Shown here piece by piece: positions 12,600 to 25,349 of a DNA stretch of 64,000 nt; positions within the stretch are counted from its first letter, which is position 1, and every line of letters begins with the position of its first letter. Position numbers and translations under genes: made by a program. The notes under the pieces are model-generated. The model did not search any database. It saw nothing but the letters and a program-made list of their open reading frames with translations, and was not told the origin of the DNA. This DNA comes from Amphiscolops sp. MND2022. Its lineage: Eukaryota. The DNA lies in contig OZ076420.1 in assembly GCA_964187785.1 (NCBI GenBank), positions 28,892,001 through 28,956,000 on the forward strand. Direction: 5' to 3'.

Positions 12600-13100
12600 C
12601 AGAATTATAAAACGATGCAAGGCCATTCTTTGGATACATATACTTGACCCTGTTCACTCCGCAAAAATTGTTTAGATTTTCAGTCGGCATGTTTGAGAAA
12701 TTTGGGCTCAGGGTCAAAACATACCCTATGTACTCGCAAAGTGGTTTATTGGAAATGTTGCTACTACCAGTGTTCTACACTGGAGAATGCCACCATTCCC
12801 AAAATACTAGTGTCACATTCTTATGAATTGATGTAAAGTAGGCTGCAAGCGAATTTATTTTTGTCAAATCATAAACATCTTTCTGGATCACTACTAGACT
12901 ACGTTTTCCGGATTGGCACAGAGAAGTTAATGTCTGCAAACTTTGCAATATTTGTTTCCGTTGAACGAACAGCTGGCAGGTCATTGATATATAAGAGCCT
13001 TGAGGTACGCTGGCGATAAAAAGAAGATTTACGGTAATTCTTTCGTTGTAAAATTCATATTGGCATCTGTCTGTTAATAAGTCACTCAAAACAAGAATCA
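12600..13100 (-). pseudogene. Degenerate non-LTR (LINE, CR1/L2-like) reverse transcriptase fragment
   Basis: Minus-strand remnants DLLTDRCQY, SVPQGS (12996-13012), YINDLP (12975-12991) and KFAD (12932-12941) occur in the order expected for LINE RT GVPQGS...YINDL...FADD. Confidence 0.7.
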
Positions 13101-14723
13101 CTTGTCCACTGAAATGTACTTGTACTTTTCGTTAGGCTATTGGGTGTAGGCGAAAGTCTCCAAAATGTTTGAGTTAAAACGAGTTTATTCTATAGTGACT
13201 TTTGTCGTTTTTTTCTTCAATTTTTTTTACCTTTTGCTTTTGCAATCTTTTCGAAATGACCTTTTTCAAGTCGAAAACCACAGTCTTAGGAATTTTCTAA
13301 GATAGAGCAATTTCTTGGAAAGGGCGAATCCCTTCAAAATTTGAATATTGGACCAAACAATTTGCGGGGCTGTGATCGAAGGATCATTTTTGGGTTTTCA
13401 GTAATGTGAAAATGAAAAAAAAATTATTCAAAAACGAATCCTTAGCTCATCGAAGTACTTTTGCTCTATTAGAGTTCTAGGCGGGGCGTCGACGTACCAT
13501 TCTGTAATAAAATTGATTCGATCTCCTGCAGTAGAAAATGGTTTGAACTGTGAAGGAGACCAAAGTTTTCTGAACGAAAACGTATTTCCTAAAACAGTAA
13601 AACTGAAAATTTAAAAAAATTGAAAGTTGGTTGCAAAAGCGATTGACTGAACAGTCTGAGATCAATGGACAAAAACTTAAAAACTATGCATTTTACCACT
13701 GATTTCGTTTCTATAGAACTGGAAAAACACCAGAAAAAGATCTAAAATCACCCAAAAAAATCACTAGAGTAAGATTCAAACTCACTGGATAACCAGTGTA
13801 AAAGGATTTTCGGACACGATTTGAAACTGCAAACAGGGTTTACAGATACTTCAGAACCGGTCCTTATAATTTTCCCATTTTATTAGGCTTTGATGCATAA
13901 AGGTTGCGAATATCGCCTCAAGGTATTTTGTGTACCAACATTCAGTTGCTAGAAATGTCGAACGAAATTTTCACTTTTCAGCCTTCGGAGTTTTAAAAAG
14001 TTTCGTTATCAACCTTTCAGACGCTCTTTCAACAGATGTGTCCAGTGAGATAATTTTCGTTGCAATATTTTGAAAAGAATTATTTTCCAACAGAAAATTT
14101 CAAGCAAAGAAACTTGAATGCAATGCATCAAGATAGGGCATAAAAAATACTTTTGAACGAAAAAACCTATGAAGAAACGTCTAACTTTGCAAAAAGGTGA
14201 TCCTAGATTAGGATTTAGTAGTGAATACAACTTGTTGAATGTGATATTAGCAAGCCAAAAAAAACTCTTTCTGAAGAGTTTCTTCAAATTTAATGATAAT
14301 TGGTTAATCTTTTTTTGATTACCTTCAAAATAACTCGGGTTTCGATTCATTCGAAATCATTTTTCACAATCAGGGGTTCAATTCATTCATTACAGAAAGA
14401 TATGCCGCTCTTGGTTTGTTTTGCTTCTGTTTTGTTATATTTTGATCTCCAAATGTTTTCTTTTGGACTTGAAATGATTAAAGACTTTGAAAAGTGATGT
14501 TTTCGGAATACATAAAATAGCTGAAGTTCCATTTAAATTCTTGTTTCCGTTGTGGAGATTAATGATTCGTTGGCTGGCCTCAATGTCAAATCCATGCATT
14601 TTCCACCAGTGATCAACAAACCTAACTTGGTGTAGATTTAGTTTTTGTTCACTCAGGCCCTTTTATCTTTGTTAAATTCAAACATGAATCGCAATCTGGG
14701 AGTTTTTCAGGCAATATCTGCTG

Positions 14724-15560
14724 ATGACTTACCCCATTCTGACGTTTGAAAATGTGTGGGCTTTGGCGGGGCCAGTTCTCTCACTATATTTTATTTGGCG
14801 CGTCTACGTGAAAAGCCAATCACCAAACAGAATACAAGGTATATACAGAAGCAGTGACGTATGTGTGTATTACCAAGTTGGTGTTCACTTTATCTGTAAT
14901 GTACTTTTGGCACTGATGCAAATTCCTGGGATCCATGACAATTTGAGTTGCGATGTCCGAAAATGGGTCATAACATGGTGCATAGTGGTTACTGTATTTT
15001 CACATCTTCCTTCTCTGCTGGATTGCTTCATTCGTATCCATGACACACAATTTTACATACTATTTCATTCCCAGAGCCCCTACAACCATCTGTTTATGGC
15101 CGTTTTATGTAGCTGGGTACCTTTGGTTGTTGTAACCTCATTTTCCGTACAATACCCACAAGATGAAAACAACCCAACGATTTGCAACTATGCCCCTTTA
15201 ATTAGTTTTGCGAGTTCGATGGGAAAAGTACTGGTTACAATAGGAGTTTGTTCTTCTCAGGCCTATTCTATCATCATCATCATCGCTAAGTCCAAAAACA
15301 TCCAAAATAGCGTTATCAGGACGTTCAACAAAATTCTCTTAGCCCGATTATTAGTCATATCTATCGTAGTTTTTCCTGCTATTGTCAAGAATAATGTTTT
15401 GACTGCTTGGGCTCCTAAAAAGTGGGATATTATAGAGAGTCGTGCGTCATATTTTTTGGCTACTTATACGATGGGAGATGTAATTGCTTGTTCCCTTTTA
15501 CCCCCCTCAAACCCGTTAGCTGAGAAAATTATGGGAAGAATTAGTAAAATTACAACATGA
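14724..15560 (+). CDS. Intronless divergent class-A-like 7TM receptor (278 aa)
   Basis: Uninterrupted ATG-to-stop ORF with about seven hydrophobic segments. Cys at the start of TM3 (SCDV), DRY-like LLDCFIRI, TM4 Trp (CSWVP), ECL2 Cys (TICNY) and TM7 DVIACSLL. Confidence 0.72.
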   Translation: MTYPILTFENVWALAGPVLSLYFIWRVYVKSQSPNRIQGIYRSSDVCVYYQVGVHFICNVLLALMQIPGIHDNLSCDVRKWVITWCIVVTVFSHLPSLLDCFIRIHDTQFYILFHSQSPYNHLFMAVLCSWVPLVVVTSFSVQYPQDENNPTICNYAPLISFASSMGKVLVTIGVCSSQAYSIIIIIAKSKNIQNSVIRTFNKILLARLLVISIVVFPAIVKNNVLTAWAPKKWDIIESRASYFLATYTMGDVIACSLLPPSNPLAEKIMGRISKITT

Positions 15561-16569
15561 AGATACAATACCACCACTGAATTATTGAACACAACAATCA
15601 AAGACATTCCTTAAAACTGACACTCCTTCGAAAATTTGATGTAACATTTCTTATACAAATATTCCTCTTAGAAAAAAATAACCAATTTGTCCTTTTCAAT
15701 TTTGATCATCTAGAAAAAATTGCTAACGTTGAGGAGCTTTCACAGGGCTAATTAGGTGAATCAATTCAAAAATGACTACCTGTCAGTACAATGCCGGAAA
15801 AACTGCTTCCTGAAACACATAAAAAGTTTCGACAATTAAAATACTTGCTCTGTTTGGGACAATGTGAACTAGCTTGTTTAAAATCTCATCTTTTTCACAG
15901 TTTCCTATACAATCGTTCGACAAGCATGCTAATTTTTCTACATATCAAACAATAGATTCATGTATATTCTTAGAGGAAGCTAGTTACCATTGTAACAAGC
16001 GAGGCAATTAAATTTAAGGCTTTGCAATAGCTTTGCAAAAAGACTTTCAAAAGCAATGCATCAGATGGTATTTGAAAATCTCAATGCAAAAGGTACATGA
16101 AACGAGACTTTTCAGGCTAAAAAAAAAGACTTTTAGCAAATGAAAAGTTAAACGACAAAAAGGGGCAGTTTGGCGAATTTGTAAAGTTGATCAAGTTGAA
16201 CAGTTCCGAGGAAAACTAAAAGTCTCTTGACTTTTTAGTTTACGTCACGTAGAAATGTTTGCAGATAGTGGATGCCTTCTGTATCGTTAGCTGGAGATGG
16301 AAAAATTTGAGGAGCAAATTTGGTCCCTAGAAAGGACTGAAGAAAAGCTGACAATGATCAAAAGTTCTGTTCTGTTTTTGAAATGATATATATAGAAATG
16401 ACGTATACTATAGAAATGACGTTTTTAAAAGATCACGCGAACTGACATCTATGATAATTTTTATGAAGTTCTTTACGTCGTTTCGTTTTACGGCACTTGG
16501 TCCAGTGAGTAGAGTGCGCGAATGGGAAGCAGGGGTGAGTCTTTTCAAATCCTGGAATGGACAAAGTTT

Positions 16570-18395
16570 TTTTTTAGTCGGCGCCTTTTCCTTTAAGGAA
16601 AAAAGCCCGACTATTACAGTGGCTAGTTTTTTTTCTTTTTTTTCGTCAGACCACAGAGCTCATCGCGTATGTACCACTTTTTACAGAAACTGATAAGACT
16701 ACTCAGGCCAAGTCAGGCCAATGGAAACCTAGTGCAAAGGGTCCCCCCTTTCATTTTTTACCTTTTTACGTAATTTACAAACCCGGAAGAGACCAAAGGG
16801 TCGCCCCTTTCAATTTTTTTTCGGCACTGTTCGAAATTTTTTTCGAAAAATTTTTAAAGTCTCAAAAGAGTCCCCCCTTCGAGTTTTTTGATATTTTGCA
16901 ACAGAATGTATGTTAATGAATCCCAAAGGGTCCCCCCTTTTCATTTTTCGGCACTATGCGACATTTTCGAAGTTTTTTTTCAAAAAAAAATTCAAAAAAA
17001 TTTTCAAATTTTGTTTCCAGTCGGGAAACAGTGATTTTCCAGTCATATCGAGCATGAAAGGCACACTTTGGGTGTCTCGAAAGCGTTTTCAAAGCTTTTC
17101 ATGAATACGTCCTGAGCATGTTTAGAAAACTTTGCGCTTCTTGAGCCTTAGATATAGCGCCGACTTTAGACGTTCCCGTCTTGTTATATTTTTCAATCAC
17201 TGGTGGTAAACGAAACCAGAGGATCCCTGACTTCAGGTTTTTGGCACCGTGCGACCTTTTTTTCATGAAACATGTCTTCCAACTTGTGTTTTTAGTCGGC
17301 GCTTTTCTAGTGAAAAGTGCCCGACTATTACATTGACTAGTTTTTTTAGTCGACGCCTTTTCCTTTAAGGAAAAAAAGCCCAACTATTACAGTGGCTAGT
17401 TTTTTTTCTTTTTTTCGTCAGACCACAGAGCTCATCGCGTATGTACCACTTTTTACAGAAACTGATAAGTTCACTCAGGCCAAGTTCGACCAATGCAAAC
17501 TTACTGCAAAGGGTCCTCCCTTTCGTTTTTTACCTTTTTTACGTAACCTACAAAACCGGAAGACTCCAAAGGGTCCCCCCTTTCAATTTTTTTTCGGCAC
17601 TGTTCGAAATTTTTTTCGAAAAATTTTTGAAGTCTCAAAAGAGTCCCCCCTTCGAGTTTTTTGATATTTTGCAACAGAATGTATGTTAATGAATCCCAAA
17701 GGGTCCCCCCTTTTCATTTTTCGGCACTATGCGACATTTTCGAAGTTTTCTTTCAAAAAAAATTCAAAAAAAATTTCAAATTTTGTTTCCAGTCGGGAAA
17801 AGTGATTTTCCAGTCATATCGAACATGAAAGGCACACATTGGGTGTCTCGAAAGTGTTTTCAAAGCTTTTCATGAATACATCCTGGGCATATTTAGAAAA
17901 CTCTGCGCTTTTTGAGCCTTAGATATAGCGCCGACTTTAGACGTTCCCGTCTTGTTCCTTTTTTTTCGTCAGACTACAATCTCACTCTGATTGGGCCACT
18001 TTTCTTACAATCGAAACTACTAAAACTACTACCATAAGGCCAAGTCCGGTCAGCAGAAATTAGTGCAAAAGGGTCCCCCTTTCATTTTTTACTATTTTAA
18101 CGTAACCTACAAAACCGGACGAGACTAAAGGCCCTTTCAATTTTTTTCGGCATTGTGCGACTTTTTTTCGAAAAAATTTTAATGTCTCAAAAGAGTCTTC
18201 CTTTCGAGTTTTTTGATATTTTGCAACAGAATATATGTTGATAAAGCCCAAAGGGTCCCCCTTTTACATTTTTTGGCACTATGCGACAATTTCTGAAAGA
18301 AAAAAATTCAAAAATTTTCGTTTTTTTTTCAAAAAAAGTATTTTGCGCTTTTTGAGCCTTAGATATAGCGCCGACTTTAGACGTTCCCCTCTTGT
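16570..18395 (+). mobile_element. Cluster of three same-orientation Helentron/DINE-1-like non-autonomous elements (about 16570-17184, 17289-17954, 17957-18395)
   Basis: 5' T-run followed by AGTCGGCGC with a local inverted partner (AGTCGGCGCTTTTC-TAGT-GAAAAGTGCCCGACT). 3' subterminal GCGCCGACT, a 5-bp hairpin AGACG-TTCC-CGTCT, and a terminal CTTGT followed by T. The cores 16720-17180 and 17490-17950 are near-identical. Confidence 0.75.
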
Positions 18396-18479
18396 TTGAA
18401 TTTATATTTCGGAAAAAATTGTTTTGTGAGTCTCAAAGATGCTGTTTTGGTGAGATTTGGGCACTGTACGGTTGATAAT

Positions 18480-19060
18480 AAGTTTCACAATAAATGTAAT
18501 TCTGAATAATAAAAAGTCTTTGCTCTCTTTGAGCCTTACGAGTGTGGGATGTAAATGCCACATACCTTTCAAACAATCGAGGTAAATCGGACTAGATGAC
18601 AGAAAGTTGTTTTCTAACGAACTTGTAAGACTGTGCCATCTATGTTTGTTGAGTTGATACCATTGTTGAATAGTGATAGTTGCGAAAAGAGATGATTGTT
18701 ATTGAAGTCTAATTGTGTTTTCAACCGTGGGATCTCGAATCTTTAAGATGAGGCAGTAAGCAAGATCAGTTTTATCCACTATAGAAATCTTTTCCCACCA
18801 GAAACCAACACTAGCCGCAACAAACAACATACAACTACCATATTTAGATGACTCCGGATTTGACGTGAAGAAATTACACACAAGAAAAAATTGACCGAAA
18901 CATGTCGGCACTACGTCGAAAGAATCCACGAAGTCGATATCAAACAAATCATATCGGGTGAAATAGTACCGATGGGTGGAAAATAGACAGAGAAAAAACC
19001 ACTGATAAGACAAGATATTCTTCTGGCTAACCATCTGCGGTCGAAAACAATACAAAAGGT
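18480..19060 (-). pseudogene. Unidentified degenerate coding remnant, homologous to part of the 2.93-kb tandem unit
   Basis: 18530-18745 aligns (~70% by eye) with 26655-26885. Shared translated remnants include GINSTNIDGTV, FTSH and DKTDLAYCL. The family was not recognised. Confidence 0.45.
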
Positions 19061-19614
19061 GAACTCAATACGGAATATTTACGGATGTCATTATACGGAT
19101 TTCATCAAAACCGAGAATTTACTACTATTATTTAGAGGCATGCCGAAACACAACACGTATTACAACCGTTAGAGGGCCGAACAGGAGATTCATCCGAAAA
19201 AAGACATAAAATCTCTAAAAATCATGGAAATAATCACACAATACATGTCAAACAATCAACCATGCAATCACCATTGACAAAAGACATAGCAAGAAAACTT
19301 GAATTAATTCAGAAAATACACAAACGACAGAACCATGTCTACCCAAGAAACACAACAAGAAACGGTAACCGTGACGAATAAATAGTAAAGGTGACACGAA
19401 ACACCATTAGCGGATTCTGCGTGCAACAAAACTGGACCCCACAACATGATTGCTCGGAAAAACGGTCATCTGCAACGAATGGAAAAAATGGATTAGTTTC
19501 ATATGTATCCTGAAGTCAATTACAAACACAGGGGAAACGTGTTCGAATCAAACCATAGTGTCAGGAACGCCCAAGTAAGAAGACAAACAAAACCGGAAAC
19601 CTAAACAATACAAA

Positions 19615-20112
19615 ACAAGACGGGAACGTCTAAAGTCGGCGCTATATCTAAGGCTCAAAAAGCGCAATAGACTTTTTTAAAAAAAAACGTGAAGTTTTTG
19701 ATATTTTTCTTTTAGAAAATGTCGCATAGTGCCGAAAAATGTAAAAGAGGGCTCTTTGGGCTTTATTATCATATATTCTGTTGCAAAATATCAAAAAACT
19801 CGAAAGGGGGACTTTTTTGAGACATTAAAAAATTTTCGAAAAAAGTCGCACAATGCCGAAAAAAATCGAAAGGGGGGACCCTTTAGTCTTGTCCGGTTTT
19901 GTAGGTTACGTTAAAAAAGTAGAAATTGAAAGGGGGACCCTTTTGCACAAATTTCCGCTGACCGGACTTGGCCTTATGGTTGTAGTTTTAGTAGTTTCGA
20001 TTGTAAGAAAAGTGGCCCAATCAGAGTGAGATTGTAGTCTGACGAAAAAGAAGAAAAAAACTAGCCACTGTAAGAGTCGGGCACTTTTCACTACAAAAGC
20101 GCCGACTAAAAA
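19615..20112 (-). mobile_element. Helentron/DINE-1-like non-autonomous element, inverted copy
   Basis: Begins ACAAGACGGGAACGTCTAAAGTCGGCGC (reverse complement of the family 3' end) and ends AAAAGCGCCGACTAAAAA. Confidence 0.8.
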
Positions 20113-20129
20113 CCAGACCAATATCATAC

Positions 20130-20900
20130 TACATACAAATCATCATTGTAACACGCAACAAAAACATCACACCAGAAAGCCGGAATCAGTGCTAAAATAA
20201 CTAGGAGACAAAGAATACAACGCCAGTGAAACAATCAAACGAAACGGTATGGCTCAGACACACAATAACACAATACGAAAAAACCTACGCATTTGGTAAA
20301 GTGAAACCGCCAACCAACTCGAAAACACCAAGATTTTGTCATGGTGCTATTCCATACTTCGCGAAAATTATACCAAATTTTTCAGAAAAAAACGACATGA
20401 GAAACTACTTTTAAAAAAGCAACGAAATGGTAATGAAGACTACAAAGAAACATCAATATCGACAACAAAGAAAAAACCATTAACATTAACGTGCCTCGTA
20501 CATTACAATGGAGATTAGGAAAATTTTGTAACCATGGATGTGTACAATAGCAGATTGAGACTAGCTGTATGTCAAAACCAAATAAAAGCTAATCTAAAAT
20601 TGAACGCAATCGCAAGTTGCTACTTGAAAGTTGCAGAAATGAAAAACTACGAGAACGAATTAGAACTCTTACCCGTAGTTTGGGTACTGGAACAATTTAG
20701 GTTCAATCAAGGCGCAAAACAAGTCAACAATTCTCGTACCACCATCACTCGAACCAATAAGAAAGCGAAACAAAATTAATGAACAGTACAGCGCCCGTCA
20801 GACACAGTGGCCTGACAGAGTATTCATTCAGAAACATACAGTTGGAAAACAGGTAGATGGACAACTAAAGTACTACTGGCAGCAGATAACCAGAGAGTGA
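20130..20900 (+). pseudogene. Degenerate Ty3/Gypsy RT-RNase H fragment
   Basis: IIIVTR..., ETVWLRHTITQ...KPPTNSKT...GAIPYFAKIIPNFSEK (RT C-terminal/thumb) and IASCYL..AE..Y.NELELLPVVWVLEQFRF (RNase H). Confidence 0.8.
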
Positions 20901-21399
20901 AACTTAATAATTAGAGAAATCACGAGACCGAAGACTTAGTAAAGCAACGAAGCGAACTGACAAGACCTAAAGCTGGCACCATAGCACAGGAAATCGGAAA
21001 GCGAGAATTATATACCGACACAGCTGGCTTCTTCAGAAGCAGAGTGTAAATGAAAGAATCGATTGTAAATTCTGGCAACGAAAATTTCAAGGATTGTGAA
21101 GACAAAAAACAACCAAAAACTGAATCAACGGTCTCGTTGGCCCCAGAAGCTGAGATTTACGTTGCAATCCTCGTACAAGAATACCAAGATAGACCGACTG
21201 CATCCTTGAAATGAGAATCATGAGGTAAAAGCAGCAAGCAGACAAATTGGGACAAGGAAACTGACTCACCGTTGTATTATCATGAAATCATCTGTCTTGT
21301 TGGCCTTTCGTATGACATACATGACAGGAAAAAACTGAGTGGAAGGTCCAGCACGAAAGACCTAATGCGCTCTGTTGGGAAGTTTGATGACAGCGGGGA

Positions 21400-24150
21400 G
21401 TCGCGTGTTTCATCAAGCAGAACTTTCGACAGTGTTTTTCCTCTCACGGAAGAATTGTTACGGTGAGTGAACAGAGATTGTGGCAGAAATGCAAGACAAC
21501 TGACACAGAGACGAATTTCATGCCTCATTTTCCTCGTGACAATCTGCACAGCCCGAACGGCATGCCCATTATTCCTTGAAATGAAGATTGGACTCTCGAA
21601 TTGGGCGCATCTTTGGGTCACTGCATCCTACTCACTGAAAGTGAACGTTTCTATCCAATCATAATCAGCATCGACGTCGAAAAGGATGGTGCTTGTTCTT
21701 GGATTTAAGCACAATGCTTCTGTAGTCTCTCCCATGGGTGTACGTCTTCTCAACTGTCGATCAATTCCGCAATTTTGTTGATTCTTCTGCACATTCAGAG
21801 CAGGCACTAACGATTTTTTTAGCATCTTTTCCTGCGCCAGGCACGCAAGTTATTAGGTTCACCACGTTCGTAGTTACCTTGATCTCGGCTATGAAGAAAC
21901 TAGATACTTTCTTGAAAACACGCTCTGCTTGCGTACATGCGCGTACATGCTAGCCTATTGCCCTCGATTGCACGCTTGATATATCATTTCGCCAATTCAT
22001 CCCTCAACTTTTTGAATGTAACAACTTTGTGCTCCGCAAAGTGAAAACAGAATTCAACAATATTGGGACTTCTTTACTCAACTAGATTGCCATCCCGGTT
22101 GACATTCAGTATGCTCATAGCGTTAGGATGAGGAATGGAAGAACCTTCTGTGCTAGCTATGTATCTGATAACCGAAGGTCATACGGGAGACAGTCCTTCT
22201 TGTGACACGGGTTTCTGAGAGTTCCTTGTTTGGAGAAAATATGAATTCCAAAGGACGATGGACAGTTTCGAGTTTTCATTCCCGGACAAGAAAAAGTGCT
22301 TCAAACGTTTTACCACGAAAAAATTCAGTAATGCCTCACGCTCAGTGTTAAAGTACTTCTGCGCTGGTTGAGAGAACGTCTTTGATAGATAAACAACAGG
22401 CTGCCTTTACTGAGATAGGACTCCACCAAGATTTTTTTCAGGCGCATCAGTTGTATTCGTTATTTGGTTATTCAATGAACAAGAATGAACAACAGTTTTC
22501 GATATTTCCCAGTCCACTGAAATTCTGCCGCTGACCTCTTCCTCAGATAACATTTATGGTCAATTTTTGACGTGAAGCTTGGGTTGAAACAGTCGTAGAA
22601 GTTGGCCAAACTCAAAATTGCTCGATTAACTCAAAACTTTGAAGTGGCTGGGTTTTCTTGACTACATTGACTGGGCGGTCGAGAGCTCAATCACGTTGCC
22701 TTTGTCACTCGACTGGAGAGGCTTCCCTGACGCTTCATGGTTCGTCTGAGGCAATGATTCCCTGGGCCTCCAAGACGAGTGGAATTTTCCGAGAACGAGA
22801 AGAAACAGGTATTGCGTCAGGCTTGAATTTGATAGTGGCCTCAACAGCCTTGATCGCCCGCAAAACGTTTACATCCTACGTGGACGCGTTGTGAATGTAA
22901 TCAACTCGGGTCAGGTTCCTGGCAATCAATCCGATTTTTTTTGTCGAGTTCGATAACTGCAAGCAACGTCAACGCAACAAATTTTCTTCTCCCATGAGAT
23001 CTCACACTTTGGATAACCAACGTTCTGCATTCTGTGTCCATTGTACGCTTCAATCCACCAAGGGTTAGTGCTCAAGTTTTGGAGTGCCAATTCGCCGCCA
23101 AAATTGTGTTCAGATAATGTTCTGCATTCAAATGTCATGACCGTTTAGCTTGAAGCTATGCAATTCAACTTTGCTTCCGATGTGTAGGACTTCTTTCACA
23201 GTTGCGATTTGTATTGCATAACACAAAATTTCTTCGGACGAGGAGGGCTCTCCAGAATCTTGTTCTTCACAAGCATGATACACTGATACGTTAGACTTTC
23301 GATAGGTTTGAACCTCTGTCCGCGAGGCTCCTTGATTTTAGCTTTGCGCATTCTGGAATAGTGTCCTTGCTTCAATTAAGTGTGACAATTTTAATCAATA
23401 GAATGGCACTCATAAATTGGATGAGCTAGTTTTCGTCCACATCGTCTACAGTGATTGGCTTCTCCTGGCGACTGAGATCCTTTTCATCAATGAGGACATG
23501 TTCCACCGTGTATGCAACTACATTCGAGGTGAAGTTGTCTGCTGAACTGAGCTCTCAGCAAATTTCTTGGCATTGGTTCTCTATTTATTGAACTGAAGCA
23601 GTTCTTCCACCGACACTTTGTCGTTTAATGTGAGTACCTCAGACAACTTGAGATCGAATTTGCTGTCTCGTAGTGTGTTGATAAACTAAAATCGGATAAC
23701 TTGAACTTGGGGATTACGATGAACGCTGAGACCGTGACAACTGTCGTTCACAAACTCATTAGCGTTGTCGGACAAAAATGCGTCCGCGATTCTTTAAGCT
23801 CACCTTAAGTTTTCGTCTTTTTTCGCATCGCCTCTCTGCGGTGCTCGCGAGTTCTTCGCTTGATGCATCATTATTTCAAGACCTTCTCAATTTCCTGTAG
23901 TAATATAGGACAACAGCAAAAGATCTGAGTTTGAGATAGCTGGATTGAAGTAAAGCTCTGTATTTTTCAACGAGAACGTCACGCTGCGCGGCTCTGACTT
24001 GCTCAGAATTTTAGCAGTGGTTCGGATGACTGGGTGGTCCATTGTTCTAGACTGTTCAACGAAATTTGGCGAACCTCTGCATTGACAGTTTACTATGGCG
24101 GATAAGTTTATGAAATTCTGCAGTGGAGCTAACAGCTGGATCACATTTGG
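21400..24150 (-). pseudogene. Heavily degenerate Ty3/Gypsy gag-pol relic
   Basis: RNase H TTDAPEKNLGGVLSQ*RQPVVYLSKTFSQPAQKYFNTEREAL (22455-22300) and integrase-like NNGHAVRAVQIVTRKMR (~21590-21520). The order is consistent with RT-RH-IN. Boundaries are approximate. Confidence 0.7.
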
Positions 24151-24808
24151 AAGTTGATAGTTGTTACTTTGGAAGTTGATAGCTGTCGGGTGTGATAGTA
24201 TTGTACACCGGATGGTGCCACAGGATTATTCGCTTGTTTTTCAGTCCTTCAGGCTTCTTCGCCTTTTGACTAGTGACGGACGCTGGATTCAGGTTAAAAC
24301 TGGGAACGACGTGGGCAATTCCTCGTAAACAATTATGCATATTGATTTGAAGATTGTATAGTTGACTGGGAGAAGTAATTTTGACCAAACTAACCTCAAA
24401 ATGTCTTCTGGTCTGGACACAACGTGTCATATCGTCTGCAGCTCAAAACACTGTCCAATGAAAGCTAGCTATTGCAGTGTTCATCAGATGGTACATAACA
24501 AAAGGACATCAAATCTTCATTCAAAGTAAAGTAACAACTAACAAAGATAACTAAATCAATGTACACAACAATGTGCAGCGATGCAACAGTCTTCTGAAGT
24601 CCGAGTAGACTGGCAGACATCGAGAAGAAGCAAGAACATGCTCAGCCGGCCTCAGAATTGAAAAATGTCCAAAGTTTGGAATTCCTTGTACCAAAAAAAA
24701 ACAAGATTTGAAACTCCAGAAATTTCATAAGGGTTCAAACAAAGATACCGGTATTTTACATTGTAATATTCTTTGATCATGTCGTTCTATAGTCGTCTTA
24801 ATAGATAG

Positions 24809-25349
24809 CAAGCCGGGAACGGGATAGTTTGGCACCATATTTAAGGCTCAATAAGACTCGAAAAACCACTTTTTCTACGACTGGAGACAACAAAACCTCT
24901 CAAAAAGCTCAAAAACGAGGAGAAAGTTTTTTCCGAATTTTTTTTTCGAAATTTTTCTGAAGTCTCCGGTAAATCGCATAGTGCCGAAAATTGTGAAAGG
25001 GAGGACCCTTTGGGATTTTTTGAACATCCATTCTGTTGCAAAATATCAAAAATTGATTGGGGGACCCTTTGGAGCAGTAAGTAAAATTTCGGAAAAAAAG
25101 AGGAAGTTAAACAGTCTCACAGTGCCGAAAAAGGGGGAAAGTCTCATAGTGTCAAAAAAAGTGGAAAGGGGAACCTTTTTGATTTGCAATGGATTTTTAT
25201 CTCATGTTACAGGCTTTGGATGCGTTGAAAATGAAGTACTAAGTACATATGGTAAATGTGCATAAAGCACAAAATGTGGAACGATCGCAATGAACTGACG
25301 AAAAAAAACTGTAGGAAAGGGGATTTTCTTCGAAAACGGCGACTAAAAA
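24809..25349 (-). mobile_element. Helentron/DINE-1-like non-autonomous element (variant subfamily)
   Basis: Starts CAAGCCGGGAACGGGATAGTTTGGCACCATATTTAAGGCTC and ends GGCGACTAAAAA. Same internal GGGACCC and GTGCCGAAAA motifs as the family. Confidence 0.65.

Noticed and set aside
16290-16385. Second SNARE-like peptide (EEQIWSLERTEEKL) on the plus strand
   Set aside because: Short, with a stop immediately upstream and on the wrong strand for the SNAP29-like gene. Likely coincidental.
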